A stretch of 64,000 nt of DNA from an archaeon (GTDB taxonomy: Archaea > Iainarchaeota > Iainarchaeia > Iainarchaeales > Iainarchaeaceae): the NCBI GenBank assembly GCA_038046625.1, contig JBBSVV010000003.1, forward strand, positions 8,993-72,992. Direction: 5' to 3'. This document shows, one piece after another, positions 46,282-55,737 of this stretch. Positions within the stretch are counted from its first letter, which is position 1; every line of letters starts with the position of its first letter. Under the pieces are notes generated by a model, which worked only from the letters and a program-made list of their open reading frames with translations, searched no databases and was not told the DNA's origin. A program made the translations under genes and the position numbers.

Positions 46282-48189
46282 TCATTTCCTTTGCGCGGTT
46301 TCCTGCATTACCCTTTCCGCGAACTTCTTTAAGGGTATGCCGAACTCGACTTTGCCTGTTCTGTCCCTTACTGCCACGGTTTTGGCTGTTTCTTCCTTTT
46401 CGCCCATATTCACTATGTATGGCACCTTCTGCATCTGCGCCTCGCGCACTTTGAATGAAACGGTTTCTCCGCGCGCATCCAGTTCGCTCCTGATGCCCTG
46501 CGCAACAAGCTCATTATGAACCTTTTCCGCGTAAGAATTGTACTTTTCGCTCACTGAAATGACTCTTGCCTGCACGGGCGCCAACCAAACAGGAAATGCG
46601 CCCGCGTAATGCTCTATCAATATTCCTATGAAGCGTTCCATTGAACCGAATATTGCGCGGTGAATCATTACTGGTTGCGCTTCCTTGTCCCTGCTGTCGA
46701 TATACTTTATTCCGAATTTTTCCGGCATCTGGAAATCCAATTGAACGGTTCCGAGCTGCCAGCTTCTTCCGAGAGAATCCTTGATGTGGAAATCTATTTT
46801 CGGGCCGTAGAATGCGCCATCCCCCTCATTGAGTTTGAATTCTTTTCCGCTCGCCTTCAAGGCATTTTTGAGCGCGGCTTCCGCCTTGTCCCACGTTTCC
46901 TTTGCACCCATTGCCTTTTCAGGCATCGTGCTCAGTTCAATGCGATACTCGAACCCAAATGTTTTGTAGTAATGTTCCGCCAGTTCAAGGGTGCCTTTCA
47001 CTTCGCTTTCAATCTGTTCGGGCGTGCAGAAGATGTGCGCGTCGTCCTGCGTGAATTTTCTCACCCTGAAAAGCCCGTTCAGCACTCCTGATAATTCGTG
47101 CCTGTGCACCAAGCCGAATTCCGCCATCCTTATGGGCAAATCCCTGTATGAGTGCCTTGCGTTCGCGTAAATAAGGATGTGGCCGGGGCAGTTCATGGGC
47201 TTTACAGCATACTCTTCATCGTCTATTTTGGTGAAGTACATGTTGTCCTTGTAGTGGTCCCAGTGCCCGCTCTTGAGCCAGAGCTCTTTTTTGAGTATTA
47301 TCGGCGCAATCACTTCCTGATAGTTCCTTTTCTTCTGCTCCGTGCGCGCGAATTCCTGCAAGGTGTTCCACAATTGCGTTCCCTTTGCGTGGAAGAAAAT
47401 CGTTCCCGGAGCCTCATCCTGCATCGAGAACAGATCGAGCTCCTTGCCGAGCTTCAAATGGTTTCTTTTTTCCGCTTCTTCCTTCTGCTTCAGGTATTCC
47501 TGCAGCATTGATTCTTTTGGGAACGCTATCCCGTAAATTCTTTGGAGCGATTCCCTTTTCGAGTCCCCGCGCCAGTATGAAGCCGAGGTTTTCAGCAATT
47601 TTACCGCCTTGATTTTTTCCGTGTTGGAAACATGGCCGCCTTTGCACAAATCATAGAATTTTTCCTGCCTGTAAATGCTGAGCTTTTTTCCCGCTTCCGC
47701 GAATTCTTCTATGAGTTCCTGCTTGAACTTGTTCTGCGCGAATTTTTCCAATGCTTTTTTCTTGTCCACTTCCTCGCGCTCGATTTTCCTTTTCTCGGAA
47801 ATAATCTGCATCATTTTCTTCTCGATTTTCGCAAGGTCTTCCGGAGTAAAATTTTTCTTCACGAAAAAATCGTAGTAGAATCCCTCTTCAATCGGCGGCC
47901 CTATTGTGGGCTTTGCATCCGGAAATAATGAAGTAACCGCTTCCGCGAGAACATGCGAGGCGGTGTGCCACAGGCTTTTTTTGCCTTCAATGTCTTCCCA
48001 AGTTAGGATTGAGAATTTCCCGTTTTCTTTAATTGGCAAATCGAGTTCGATTATTTTTTCGCCGAGCTTTGCCGAGAGCGCTGCCTGTGCGAGCCTCGGG
48101 CCTATTTTTTCCGCGATTTTTTCCGCTGTGGTTCCGGCTGCAAATTTTTGCTTCGAGCCGTCCGGAAATTCGAGTGTAATTTCGGCCAT
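46282..48189 (-). CDS. thrS: Threonine--tRNA ligase (bacterial-type TGS/editing architecture)
   Basis: TGS domain, HTASH, KPMNCPGH, RHELSG, GAFYGPKID, HRAIFGSMERF. Confidence 0.97.
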   Translation of the reverse strand: MAEITLEFPDGSKQKFAAGTTAEKIAEKIGPRLAQAALSAKLGEKIIELDLPIKENGKFSILTWEDIEGKKSLWHTASHVLAEAVTSLFPDAKPTIGPPIEEGFYYDFFVKKNFTPEDLAKIEKKMMQIISEKRKIEREEVDKKKALEKFAQNKFKQELIEEFAEAGKKLSIYRQEKFYDLCKGGHVSNTEKIKAVKLLKTSASYWRGDSKRESLQRIYGIAFPKESMLQEYLKQKEEAEKRNHLKLGKELDLFSMQDEAPGTIFFHAKGTQLWNTLQEFARTEQKKRNYQEVIAPIILKKELWLKSGHWDHYKDNMYFTKIDDEEYAVKPMNCPGHILIYANARHSYRDLPIRMAEFGLVHRHELSGVLNGLFRVRKFTQDDAHIFCTPEQIESEVKGTLELAEHYYKTFGFEYRIELSTMPEKAMGAKETWDKAEAALKNALKASGKEFKLNEGDGAFYGPKIDFHIKDSLGRSWQLGTVQLDFQMPEKFGIKYIDSRDKEAQPVMIHRAIFGSMERFIGILIEHYAGAFPVWLAPVQARVISVSEKYNSYAEKVHNELVAQGIRSELDARGETVSFKVREAQMQKVPYIVNMGEKEETAKTVAVRDRTGKVEFGIPLKKFAERVMQETAQRK

Positions 48190-48290
48190 TTCAACCAAAC
48201 TGATTTGTTGTGGGTAAAGAATAAGAAGGTTTTCTGCCGGAAAAACGGCGTTTTTTAAGTTATTTAAGACGTTTTGCGCTATTTTTCATT

Positions 48291-49550
48291 ATGAAAATCC
48301 AGATGGGTTCAGTGACTCCAAGCCCCGAGGTTTGCGTGCGCTGCAAGGGAAGGCTTTGGTGCGGGCCGAAATGCTTTATTTTGGAGAGATATGAAAAGAG
48401 GCAGTGGGCTGTTCATTCAGTTCAAAAGCGCGAGCTTCAGAGTGAATCTCCTCCCGGTGTTTTTGTGGGGTGGTATGGTTATCCCAAGATTACTTTGTCG
48501 CCGATGGCTCCTGCGCTTTCCCCTAAAGATTCTTGGATGACTGATGACACTGACAAATGGTTCGGGCTTTCAAGCGAAAAAATAATTGAGTTTAGGGAAA
48601 ATTTGGTTCGCGGTTCAATGCCTGTTGAAGTGCATAAAGCAAGCGACCCTTCGTATCAAGTAAGCGAGATTCAGGAAACGCTTATGGCGAAGAAGTCTGT
48701 TGATATTGAAATGAAATTAAAATCAATTCCCACCGCGCGAGGCCTCTCGTTTTCCGATTTTCACGCTCCAATGGGGCCAAGTGCGGACCTTTCGGAATTC
48801 AGGATGACTGAGAACCCGAGCATTAATCCTAAAATAGATTACTTGGTGTCCGACACCGATGTGAAGGCGAAGGATGCAATGGTCGAGTTGTTTGACGCAG
48901 AAGTGGGCGTAAACCAGTTGCACAAAATCCTGAGTGCGGGGATGCTCGGAGTGAAGAAGAACAGGAAGTTTGTTCCGACGCGTTTCGCAATAACTGCAAT
49001 CGATTCAAACTTATCTGAATATTTTATTGATGAAAAAATCAAATATTATCCGCATATTCAGGAATTCGAATTATATTCCTCTAATTATTTGGAAAACTAT
49101 TTTTACATTTTGTTGGTTCCGAAAGAATGGAGTTACGAACTTATGGAGGTTTGGAAACCAGGTGCATCCTGGAATATTGAATCCAAAGAACCGACTTTTA
49201 TGACTGATTACGAATTTTATGCTGGGAGAAAAGATTATGCTGAGAATACAGCCGGTGGTTACTACGCGGTCAGAATTGCTATTGCCGAGCAGTTGGAAAA
49301 AAGAAAGAAGCAAGCGACCGCATTAGTATTCAGAGAAATTGGTGATGCAGGGACGCCTGCGCTAGGCGTTTGGAAATGTCGTAATACAGTCAGAGCTGCC
49401 TTGGACAAGAAGCCGCTGACTTTTTCAACTGTCAATTTGGCCCTTGATTATATTGCCACAAAACTTACTGTTCCAATAAAATACTACAAAAAGAATAGTA
49501 AAATTCTGGATGTGCTTGCCCATCAAAGGACTTTGCTTGATTTTTCTTAA
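48291..49550 (+). CDS. nreA: Nre family PCNA-interacting DNA repair protein
   Basis: CVRCKGRLWCG, SPPGVFVG..GYP, FVPTR.AITAID, GGYYA, C-terminal PIP box QRTLLDF. Confidence 0.92.
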   Translation: MKIQMGSVTPSPEVCVRCKGRLWCGPKCFILERYEKRQWAVHSVQKRELQSESPPGVFVGWYGYPKITLSPMAPALSPKDSWMTDDTDKWFGLSSEKIIEFRENLVRGSMPVEVHKASDPSYQVSEIQETLMAKKSVDIEMKLKSIPTARGLSFSDFHAPMGPSADLSEFRMTENPSINPKIDYLVSDTDVKAKDAMVELFDAEVGVNQLHKILSAGMLGVKKNRKFVPTRFAITAIDSNLSEYFIDEKIKYYPHIQEFELYSSNYLENYFYILLVPKEWSYELMEVWKPGASWNIESKEPTFMTDYEFYAGRKDYAENTAGGYYAVRIAIAEQLEKRKKQATALVFREIGDAGTPALGVWKCRNTVRAALDKKPLTFSTVNLALDYIATKLTVPIKYYKKNSKILDVLAHQRTLLDFS

Positions 49551-49603
49551 CTGTGAATTTTTCGGTCCGCAATCATTAAAAACTTCATAATAACTCTTAC
49601 TTT

Positions 49604-50098
49604 ATGGCACTGCCACAAAAACCCAGAAAAGGATTTGGCGACCGCGGCCTCATTATCTCAGGCAAAAGGCGCAAGGAAATAATGGAGTTGCGAAAAGAGG
49701 CTTTTGTGGAAATGTATAACAAGCCTCCGGGCAGTGTCACAATCAGGCATTTAGGCAGGGAAGACATATTCATCGGAAGGACAAACTCCGGGACTGTTGT
49801 GCTTAATCATGGTCAAGTCGAAGAATTCAAGGCGCATTTTGGCCAGCTCAAGAAGCGCCCAAGTCTGCCAGATAGGGTGAAAGCCAATGAAATAGCGCTC
49901 AAAGCCCCTATAGGAAAAATAATTTTTTTTAGCGGCGGGGTATTGGTCAGGGCCAAAAATGGCGGAGTATCCGCCTTCTCCGAAGCCCTTTCTAATGAAT
50001 TGGCGCGGTTTATGGCTGCTTCAGGAGAGATAACGTTTTCGTATTCCGGCTGGGTGTTTGAAAAGCGTCTCGACGGAATTTACTTCCTGGAAGATTGA
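49604..50098 (+). CDS. Hypothetical basic protein
   Basis: ORF with upstream TATA-like box; no recognisable family. Confidence 0.6.
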   Translation: MALPQKPRKGFGDRGLIISGKRRKEIMELRKEAFVEMYNKPPGSVTIRHLGREDIFIGRTNSGTVVLNHGQVEEFKAHFGQLKKRPSLPDRVKANEIALKAPIGKIIFFSGGVLVRAKNGGVSAFSEALSNELARFMAASGEITFSYSGWVFEKRLDGIYFLED

Positions 50099-50114
50099 GT
50101 TCTTGATTCGTTCT

Positions 50115-51083
50115 TTACTTCTTGTATTTGGTGAACTGCGCGAGCAGCGCCTCAAGTTGCACGCGCTCGTTTGCGCCCTCGACCATTCTGAAGTTGTATT
50201 CTCCGATTGTGTCAATCAGCTCTATTTTTGTTTTTCCGGGGACTTCCTTCTCGTCCATCGCAATCAGTTCGCGGTGCAGCTGTGTAATCACGTCCTCGCC
50301 GCTCATGCCGTATTCGTAAAGCAGTTTATCGAGCAATGCCCGCGCTTCGAGGAATTTTCCGCTCAAGGCAACTTTGATGAGTTCCTTGACTTCATCCGGC
50401 CTCGCTTTTGCGCTGACCTCGTAGATTGTTTTGTCCGTGATTTTGTGGGCTGTTGTTGCCGAGGCCTGGAGCACGTTGATTGCTTTTCTCAAATCCCCTT
50501 GGCTCACGTAAATTATTGCCTCAATCGCTTCATTGCTCAAATCTATTTTTTCGTTTTCGGCAACCCCTTTCACGCGCTCGCCGATGTCCTTTGAGGAGAG
50601 CTGGTTGAACCTGAAAATGACGCACCTCGATTGTATCGGTTCAATGAGCTTGCTCGAAAAGTTGCAACTGAGTATGAACCTGCACGTGCGTGAGTACATT
50701 TCCATTGTCCTTCTCAGTGCTTGCTGTGCGTCAAAGGTTAGCGCGTCGCTTTCGTCCAGAAAGATTATTTTGAACCCGAAGTTGAATGCGAGTGTTCGCG
50801 CAAAGTTTTTGATGGTGTCCCTGACCACGTCAATGCCCCTTTCATCGCTGGCGTTCAGTTCCAAAAAATTCTGGGAAAAATTTTCCTTGAAGAATTCCTT
50901 GGCCATGGAAACAGCCGCGGAGGTTTTGCCTACTCCCGCGGGTCCTGAAAACATGAGGTTCGGCATCGTGTTGTTCTGCACGTAGGTTTGCAGCCTTTGC
51001 GTGATGTTTTTCTGCCCCACCACCTCGCTCAGTTTTTTTGGCCTGTATTTTTCAATCCAGGGGAGCTCTATGCCTACGTCCAT
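50115..51083 (-). CDS. rfcS: Replication factor C small subunit (no intein)
   Basis: PWIEKYRP, GPAGVGKT, ELNASDERG, AQQALRR, IQSRC. Confidence 0.97.
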   Translation of the reverse strand: MDVGIELPWIEKYRPKKLSEVVGQKNITQRLQTYVQNNTMPNLMFSGPAGVGKTSAAVSMAKEFFKENFSQNFLELNASDERGIDVVRDTIKNFARTLAFNFGFKIIFLDESDALTFDAQQALRRTMEMYSRTCRFILSCNFSSKLIEPIQSRCVIFRFNQLSSKDIGERVKGVAENEKIDLSNEAIEAIIYVSQGDLRKAINVLQASATTAHKITDKTIYEVSAKARPDEVKELIKVALSGKFLEARALLDKLLYEYGMSGEDVITQLHRELIAMDEKEVPGKTKIELIDTIGEYNFRMVEGANERVQLEALLAQFTKYKK

Positions 51084-51143
51084 TATTGGATGTGAAATCA
51101 TAATAGTTTTAAACCGATTCGCACCCCTTTTAGTAGGTTTTTC

Positions 51144-51665
51144 ATGGATTCGAAGCACCTAAAGGTTTTGTTTGTTTTCGCGCTTGTGTATGCCGCGCTT
51201 TATGCGCTTGGAATGATAATCGGGCCCCTGCAGGACTGGAATTTTTCCCTTGATTTTTCGAGGCTTGATTACACGCTTTACTTCCTGCCGATTGCTGGGT
51301 TCTTTTTTGTGTATTTGCTGGTCCCATGGATGCGCGAGGAGCTCGGCTTTGGAAACACCTTCCTGTACATTTTTCCGGCGCTTTTAGCGGTCTTTTCCTA
51401 CATTGCTTTTGTGGTTGCGGTTTACTATTATTTCGGGAACCAGGCCTCGCTTTCCGGGGTCGACATTTCGGTTTTCCGCCTGGATTATTTTTCGCTTTTC
51501 CTCCAGTCCTCTTACATTTACTTTGTGCTTGCCGGAATAGGCGGCTGGGCCGCGCGCATGCTGATTGAGAATTTCGATGAAATGCCCAAGGAAAAAGGTT
51601 CGGGGAAAAAATCCCGCGGCGAAGGCGGGCACGAAATCAGCTCGAAACTTATTACAGGTGATTAA
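51144..51665 (+). CDS. Hypothetical membrane protein
   Basis: About four TM helices. Confidence 0.7.
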   Translation: MDSKHLKVLFVFALVYAALYALGMIIGPLQDWNFSLDFSRLDYTLYFLPIAGFFFVYLLVPWMREELGFGNTFLYIFPALLAVFSYIAFVVAVYYYFGNQASLSGVDISVFRLDYFSLFLQSSYIYFVLAGIGGWAARMLIENFDEMPKEKGSGKKSRGEGGHEISSKLITGD

Positions 51666-51668
51666 CCC

Positions 51669-52958
51669 ATGAGAATTCACGTGGAGGGCTATGGCTGTTC
51701 CATGAATCTCGCGGAAACCGAGATGATTCGCGGCCACGCGAAGGAAAACGGCGCCTCTATTGGCTCTGTTTCGGATTCTGATTTTCTTGTTGTGAACACT
51801 TGCGCTGTGAAGGAGCAGACCGAATTCAAGATGTTGGGCAGGATACGCAAACTCAATCAGGCCGCGGAAAAAAATGGTTCGCAGCTCATTGTTTTCGGGT
51901 GCCTGCCGAAAGTCAGCCCGCATCTGATAGAGGGGATCTCGCCCAACATAATCCAAATGGGCCCGGACCTTGAAAAGCTTTCCCAGGTTCTCGGAATAAA
52001 GGAGGCGCCTTTCTCGCCTTCAATCAATGCTTTGCGTGACAATCCTAACGTAACCATAATGCCGATAAACAGGGGCTGCACAAATTTCTGCACTTTCTGC
52101 GGCACCAAGTTCGCGAGGGGCAACGTGAATAGCTTTCCCATTGAGCATTTGAAGCGGCGTTTTGTTTCTTCGCTTCCTGATTCAAGGGAATTCTGGCTCA
52201 CGAGCCAGGACACGGGCGCCTATGGCCTTGACATTGGAACCTCGCTCCCTGAATTGCTGCGCGGGCTTCTCTTGGTTCAGGGCGAGTACAGGATAAGGAT
52301 AGGGATGATGAATCCGCATCACCTGAGGCGCATTTATGATTCGCTTGTGCCGCTTTTTTCCGATGGCCGCGTTTACAGGTTCCTGCACGTTCCGTTGCAG
52401 GCGGGCTCCAACAGGATACTTGCCTTGATGCGGCGCGGCTACACTGTTGAACAGTACTATGAACTAATTGGGGATCTTCGCAGGGATGTTCCGGACATTA
52501 CCATTGCTACGGATGTGATTGCGGGCTTTCCAACGGAAACGGAGGCGGAATTTTCTGAAACCCTGAAGGCAATAAAGGAAACCTCGCCGGATATCGTGAA
52601 CATTTCCAGGTTCGGCGCGAGGCCCGGAACAATTGCTGCTTCGATGGATGGGCAGCTGCACGGCCGCATAAAGAAGGAGCGGAGCAGGAGGCTTGCCTCG
52701 CTGTGCAGGGCAATTTCTTTCAGGCAGAACGGGCGCATGCTCGGCAAAACTGAAAGGGTTTTTGTGAGCGAGGAAGGGGTAAAGGGCAGGTTTATGGGCA
52801 GGTCCTCAAACTACAAGCCCGTAATCATAAGCGAGGATTTAAGGGGCAAATTTGCTGATGTGGAGATAACCTCGGTTTTTCCCACTTACCTCGAGGCGAA
52901 GGTAATTTCAGCCGAAAGGGAAAAGCCTGTTCTCAGGGGCTTGTTGGCTGCCAAATGA
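51669..52958 (+). CDS. tRNA methylthiotransferase (MtaB/MiaB-like)
   Basis: YGCSMN, NTCAVK, GCTNFCTFC, QDTGAYG, TRAM domain. Confidence 0.93.
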   Translation: MRIHVEGYGCSMNLAETEMIRGHAKENGASIGSVSDSDFLVVNTCAVKEQTEFKMLGRIRKLNQAAEKNGSQLIVFGCLPKVSPHLIEGISPNIIQMGPDLEKLSQVLGIKEAPFSPSINALRDNPNVTIMPINRGCTNFCTFCGTKFARGNVNSFPIEHLKRRFVSSLPDSREFWLTSQDTGAYGLDIGTSLPELLRGLLLVQGEYRIRIGMMNPHHLRRIYDSLVPLFSDGRVYRFLHVPLQAGSNRILALMRRGYTVEQYYELIGDLRRDVPDITIATDVIAGFPTETEAEFSETLKAIKETSPDIVNISRFGARPGTIAASMDGQLHGRIKKERSRRLASLCRAISFRQNGRMLGKTERVFVSEEGVKGRFMGRSSNYKPVIISEDLRGKFADVEITSVFPTYLEAKVISAEREKPVLRGLLAAK

Positions 52959-53026
52959 GCAAATATGCTATAATTTTAGCCTTAAGGATTTATGAGGCAT
53001 CAATGATGCCTCGGCAACCGCTCCTT

Positions 53027-53150
53027 CAACGAATTGAACAATGGGAGAAAAGGCCGCAAATATTCATTTGTTCAATTCGTTGCCGGCGAGCACCCTTCCA
53101 GAACGGAGTTCTGGGGGCCTCGCAAAGCAATTGCTTTGCAAGGTGGCCGG
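53027..53150. repeat. Composite palindromic repeat (modules C and B)
   Basis: Long inverted repeat caacgaattgaacaa/ttgttcaattcgttg, then cct-c-gcaaagc-aatt-gctttgc-a-agg. Confidence 0.75.
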
Positions 53151-53201
53151 GGTGAATGTTTTTAATATCTTCCAAATACACGTATTTCAGGGTTTATTGG
53201 C

Positions 53202-53951
53202 ATGGATTTGCGCGGAGCATTGAACAGGTATCTGAAGAATTTTTCCACTGCATTTTCTTTCGTTTTGCTTTTGGTGTTCGTTCTTCCATTCATTCTTGGC
53301 AAGGAGGGCGAGTTTCTTGCGAGTTCCTTTGTTTCCTCGGCAACCGTTTTCATTGACTATGGGTTCATCAACGAGCCGCTTCTTAACTCGGCCCTTCTTC
53401 TCGCGCTGGCGTTTGTTTTCCTTTTCTGCTACTCCGTGCTTGTCTGCCTAATGGTTCTTGCGGTGAGAGGCGATTTGAGCAACGTGAAGATGAATAATTA
53501 CCTCGCGGAAAAAATCGGGAAGTTCGCTTTCAGGTACTTCAGGTTCCTCGCGCTCTTCACGATTATTGCGTCCATTGCGGGGGCAATTCTCATTGCTTAC
53601 GGTCTGCCTATCTGGGTGCTGAATTTGCTGCTGATGTTTTTGTCGGCTTCGTTCCTTTTCTTGCCCCAGACAATCGTGGTTGATGAGGAAAGCCTGGGCA
53701 GCTCCATTTTCAGGAACTGGGACTTCATTTCGAAGAACATGTTTTCTTTTGTGCAGGTCCTGGCCCTCGGAGTCGTGAGCCTGTTCCTGCTCCAGCTCAT
53801 AGAATTTGCCCTTGATTACTTCTTTTTTGTCGGGAGCTTCGTTTCCCTGCTCATCGGGGTTGTTTTCCTCGTGCCTTTCATCGAGGTGGTGAAGACACAG
53901 ATTTACATGCACCGGTTCGGCCTGATCAAGAGCTATCATCCTTCAGGCTGA
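53202..53951 (+). CDS. Hypothetical polytopic membrane protein
   Basis: About six TM helices. Confidence 0.75.
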   Translation: MDLRGALNRYLKNFSTAFSFVLLLVFVLPFILGKEGEFLASSFVSSATVFIDYGFINEPLLNSALLLALAFVFLFCYSVLVCLMVLAVRGDLSNVKMNNYLAEKIGKFAFRYFRFLALFTIIASIAGAILIAYGLPIWVLNLLLMFLSASFLFLPQTIVVDEESLGSSIFRNWDFISKNMFSFVQVLALGVVSLFLLQLIEFALDYFFFVGSFVSLLIGVVFLVPFIEVVKTQIYMHRFGLIKSYHPSG

Positions 53952-55491
53952 GCTTTACGGCCGGGCAGTCGTTCAGCAATTCAAGCGCCTCCTTCATTGT
54001 TTCGGCCACGTAAACAAACCCGTATTTTCTCTTTTGCCTTGTGCCCCTCATGCTGAACAGCATTTCCTGCACCAGTTTTCTGTCCTCGTGCAGGCCGAAC
54101 CTGCGTTCGGCTTCAGGTTCCGGCATTTCCATTGCGGCCAGGTTGTGCCTGTGAATCAGCGCAATTATGTCGTCCGCGAGCTTCGGCGCGTCCGCAACGC
54201 CCATTGTTTCGGCGCAGCGCTTTATTCCGGCAAGGCTTACAGCGCCAAGGCTTTTCAGGAGCATCCATTCCTCGAAGTAAGGCCTTGCCTTCAGCCCCTC
54301 CTTTTTCTTTTCGCATAATCCTGAAATTTTTTCCGCAATAATCTCCAGCCTTTCAATGAAGCGCTCCTCGTTTCCTGATTCCAAAGCTATTTTTTCCAGG
54401 TTTATTGCGGTGAGCTGAAGTACGCCGTCCGCGTTCCCGGTCAATACTCCAAACTGGTACGCGGTGGTTTTTTCGCTTGAGTTGTTCAGCACCAGTGCGT
54501 TGTTGAGGCCGCTTTTTTCGAGCAGCTTGAGCTGGTACTTGGAGTCGATTGATACGCTAAGTTCGAACTCTTCCGGGTTCGAGGAAAGCAGCATTGCCGC
54601 AATGGCAGTCGCGTTCTCCTTTCTCTTTGAAAGGCCTTCCCATTCGTAGCCGCTGAAGAGCGCAAGTTCGGCGCAGCGCTTCCCCGTAATAGAGAATATT
54701 TTTTCTGTCTCCAAGATTTCTTCGCGGAGTTTCCTCGGGTTCACGGGCTTTTCCGGCGCGATGGAAAAATTGAATGCCTTCAGCGTAACCGGGTTCGTGC
54801 AGAACCTGTCGAGTTTTGCGGCCTCGACAGGCGTCGCATAAGTTTTTTCCCCTGCAAAGAATTTCGAGTGCGCAAAAGTTTTCGTGGAAAAATCTTCGGC
54901 ACCGTAAATGTGTATCGTGCCGTTGAAATGCAGTTCCCTCGCGTCCTTTGTTATGGCTGAGAGCCAGTTGTACTCCCTGAGTATTTCCCTGTCCTCGAAC
55001 AATCCTGCGTTCAGCCTCTTTTTCACCTCGAATACCGGGAGGCCGAGGCGCACGTACTGGCCGTGTATCGGCTCGTGGCCGTATTCAAGCAGCTTCACGT
55101 TCACCATTTCGCGTATTATATGGGTGTTCAGATACCCTATTTTCAGGTCCTTTATCTTGTCCTCCACTTCGCTCCCGATTTTTTCTGCAACGTGCCTGCT
55201 GATGCCTGTTTCCTTGAGCAGCGACTTGATTATGTTGCCGCGGTCGAAAGACTCGAGCTTTTCGCGTGAAGTGAATACCTTGAGTTCCTCGAATGAAATG
55301 AATGTTTTTGCCGCCTCGGGATTGAGCTTTTCGAGCGTTTCCGCGGCCTTTCTCCTGAGCTGCTTTTCCCCGCCTTCAAAAGATTCGAGCTCCTTGATTA
55401 CCTTCACCACTTCCCACTTAGTGGCGCCGCTCTCCTGGCATTCGAACGCTATCCTCTGTATTACTTCGCTGATGGGTTTTTTCTCTTCCAC
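53926..55491 (-). CDS. ATP-cone protein with degenerate class III ribonucleotide reductase (NrdD-like) body
   Basis: VFTSREKLESFDRGNIIKSL...IREMVNVKLLEYG...YVRLGLPV ATP cone; LHFNGTIHI and AINLEKIALE resemble NrdD; GTG start assumed. Confidence 0.75.
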   Translation of the reverse strand: MEEKKPISEVIQRIAFECQESGATKWEVVKVIKELESFEGGEKQLRRKAAETLEKLNPEAAKTFISFEELKVFTSREKLESFDRGNIIKSLLKETGISRHVAEKIGSEVEDKIKDLKIGYLNTHIIREMVNVKLLEYGHEPIHGQYVRLGLPVFEVKKRLNAGLFEDREILREYNWLSAITKDARELHFNGTIHIYGAEDFSTKTFAHSKFFAGEKTYATPVEAAKLDRFCTNPVTLKAFNFSIAPEKPVNPRKLREEILETEKIFSITGKRCAELALFSGYEWEGLSKRKENATAIAAMLLSSNPEEFELSVSIDSKYQLKLLEKSGLNNALVLNNSSEKTTAYQFGVLTGNADGVLQLTAINLEKIALESGNEERFIERLEIIAEKISGLCEKKKEGLKARPYFEEWMLLKSLGAVSLAGIKRCAETMGVADAPKLADDIIALIHRHNLAAMEMPEPEAERRFGLHEDRKLVQEMLFSMRGTRQKRKYGFVYVAETMKEALELLNDCPAVKLSLKDDSS

Positions 55492-55546
55492 AGATGCTTT
55501 TAGTTCAAAAAAGTTCTTTAAATTGCCGCATCCTCTTGTATTTTTT

Positions 55547-55665
55547 ACTATCGAGCCCTCAAAAGGCGAAGATAGTTGCCCCAACGGGTCGGCAGCAAGA
55601 AATGTTGGGCGTATATTCATTTGTCGACCCGTTGTCCGCCGTGGGCCTGCGGCGCGAAACTGTTG
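55547..55665 (-). repeat. Two-hairpin dispersed element, copy E8, with nested module C
   Basis: Reverse complement caacagtttcg[insert]ccgttggggca, actatc-ttc-gcc..ggc-tc-gatagt. Confidence 0.8.
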
Positions 55666-55737
55666 TTCGGAAACTTAACTTTTTAATGCCTTGGGTGTTT
55701 GAATAGTAAATAGGCTGTTTTTGCGGGGGTTTTATTC

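Noticed and set aside
48900..49550. AT-richer 3' half of nre as a foreign insertion
   Set aside because: The reading frame and family motifs are continuous, no junction repeats were seen, and the composition shift was judged only by eye
3125..55620. Long N-terminal extensions in the ORF track (starts 3253, 4761, 7900, 41820, 55620)
   Set aside because: They run through hairpin repeats, and better starts with RBS or family-consistent N-termini lie downstream; only the pilin at 38249 needs such an extension
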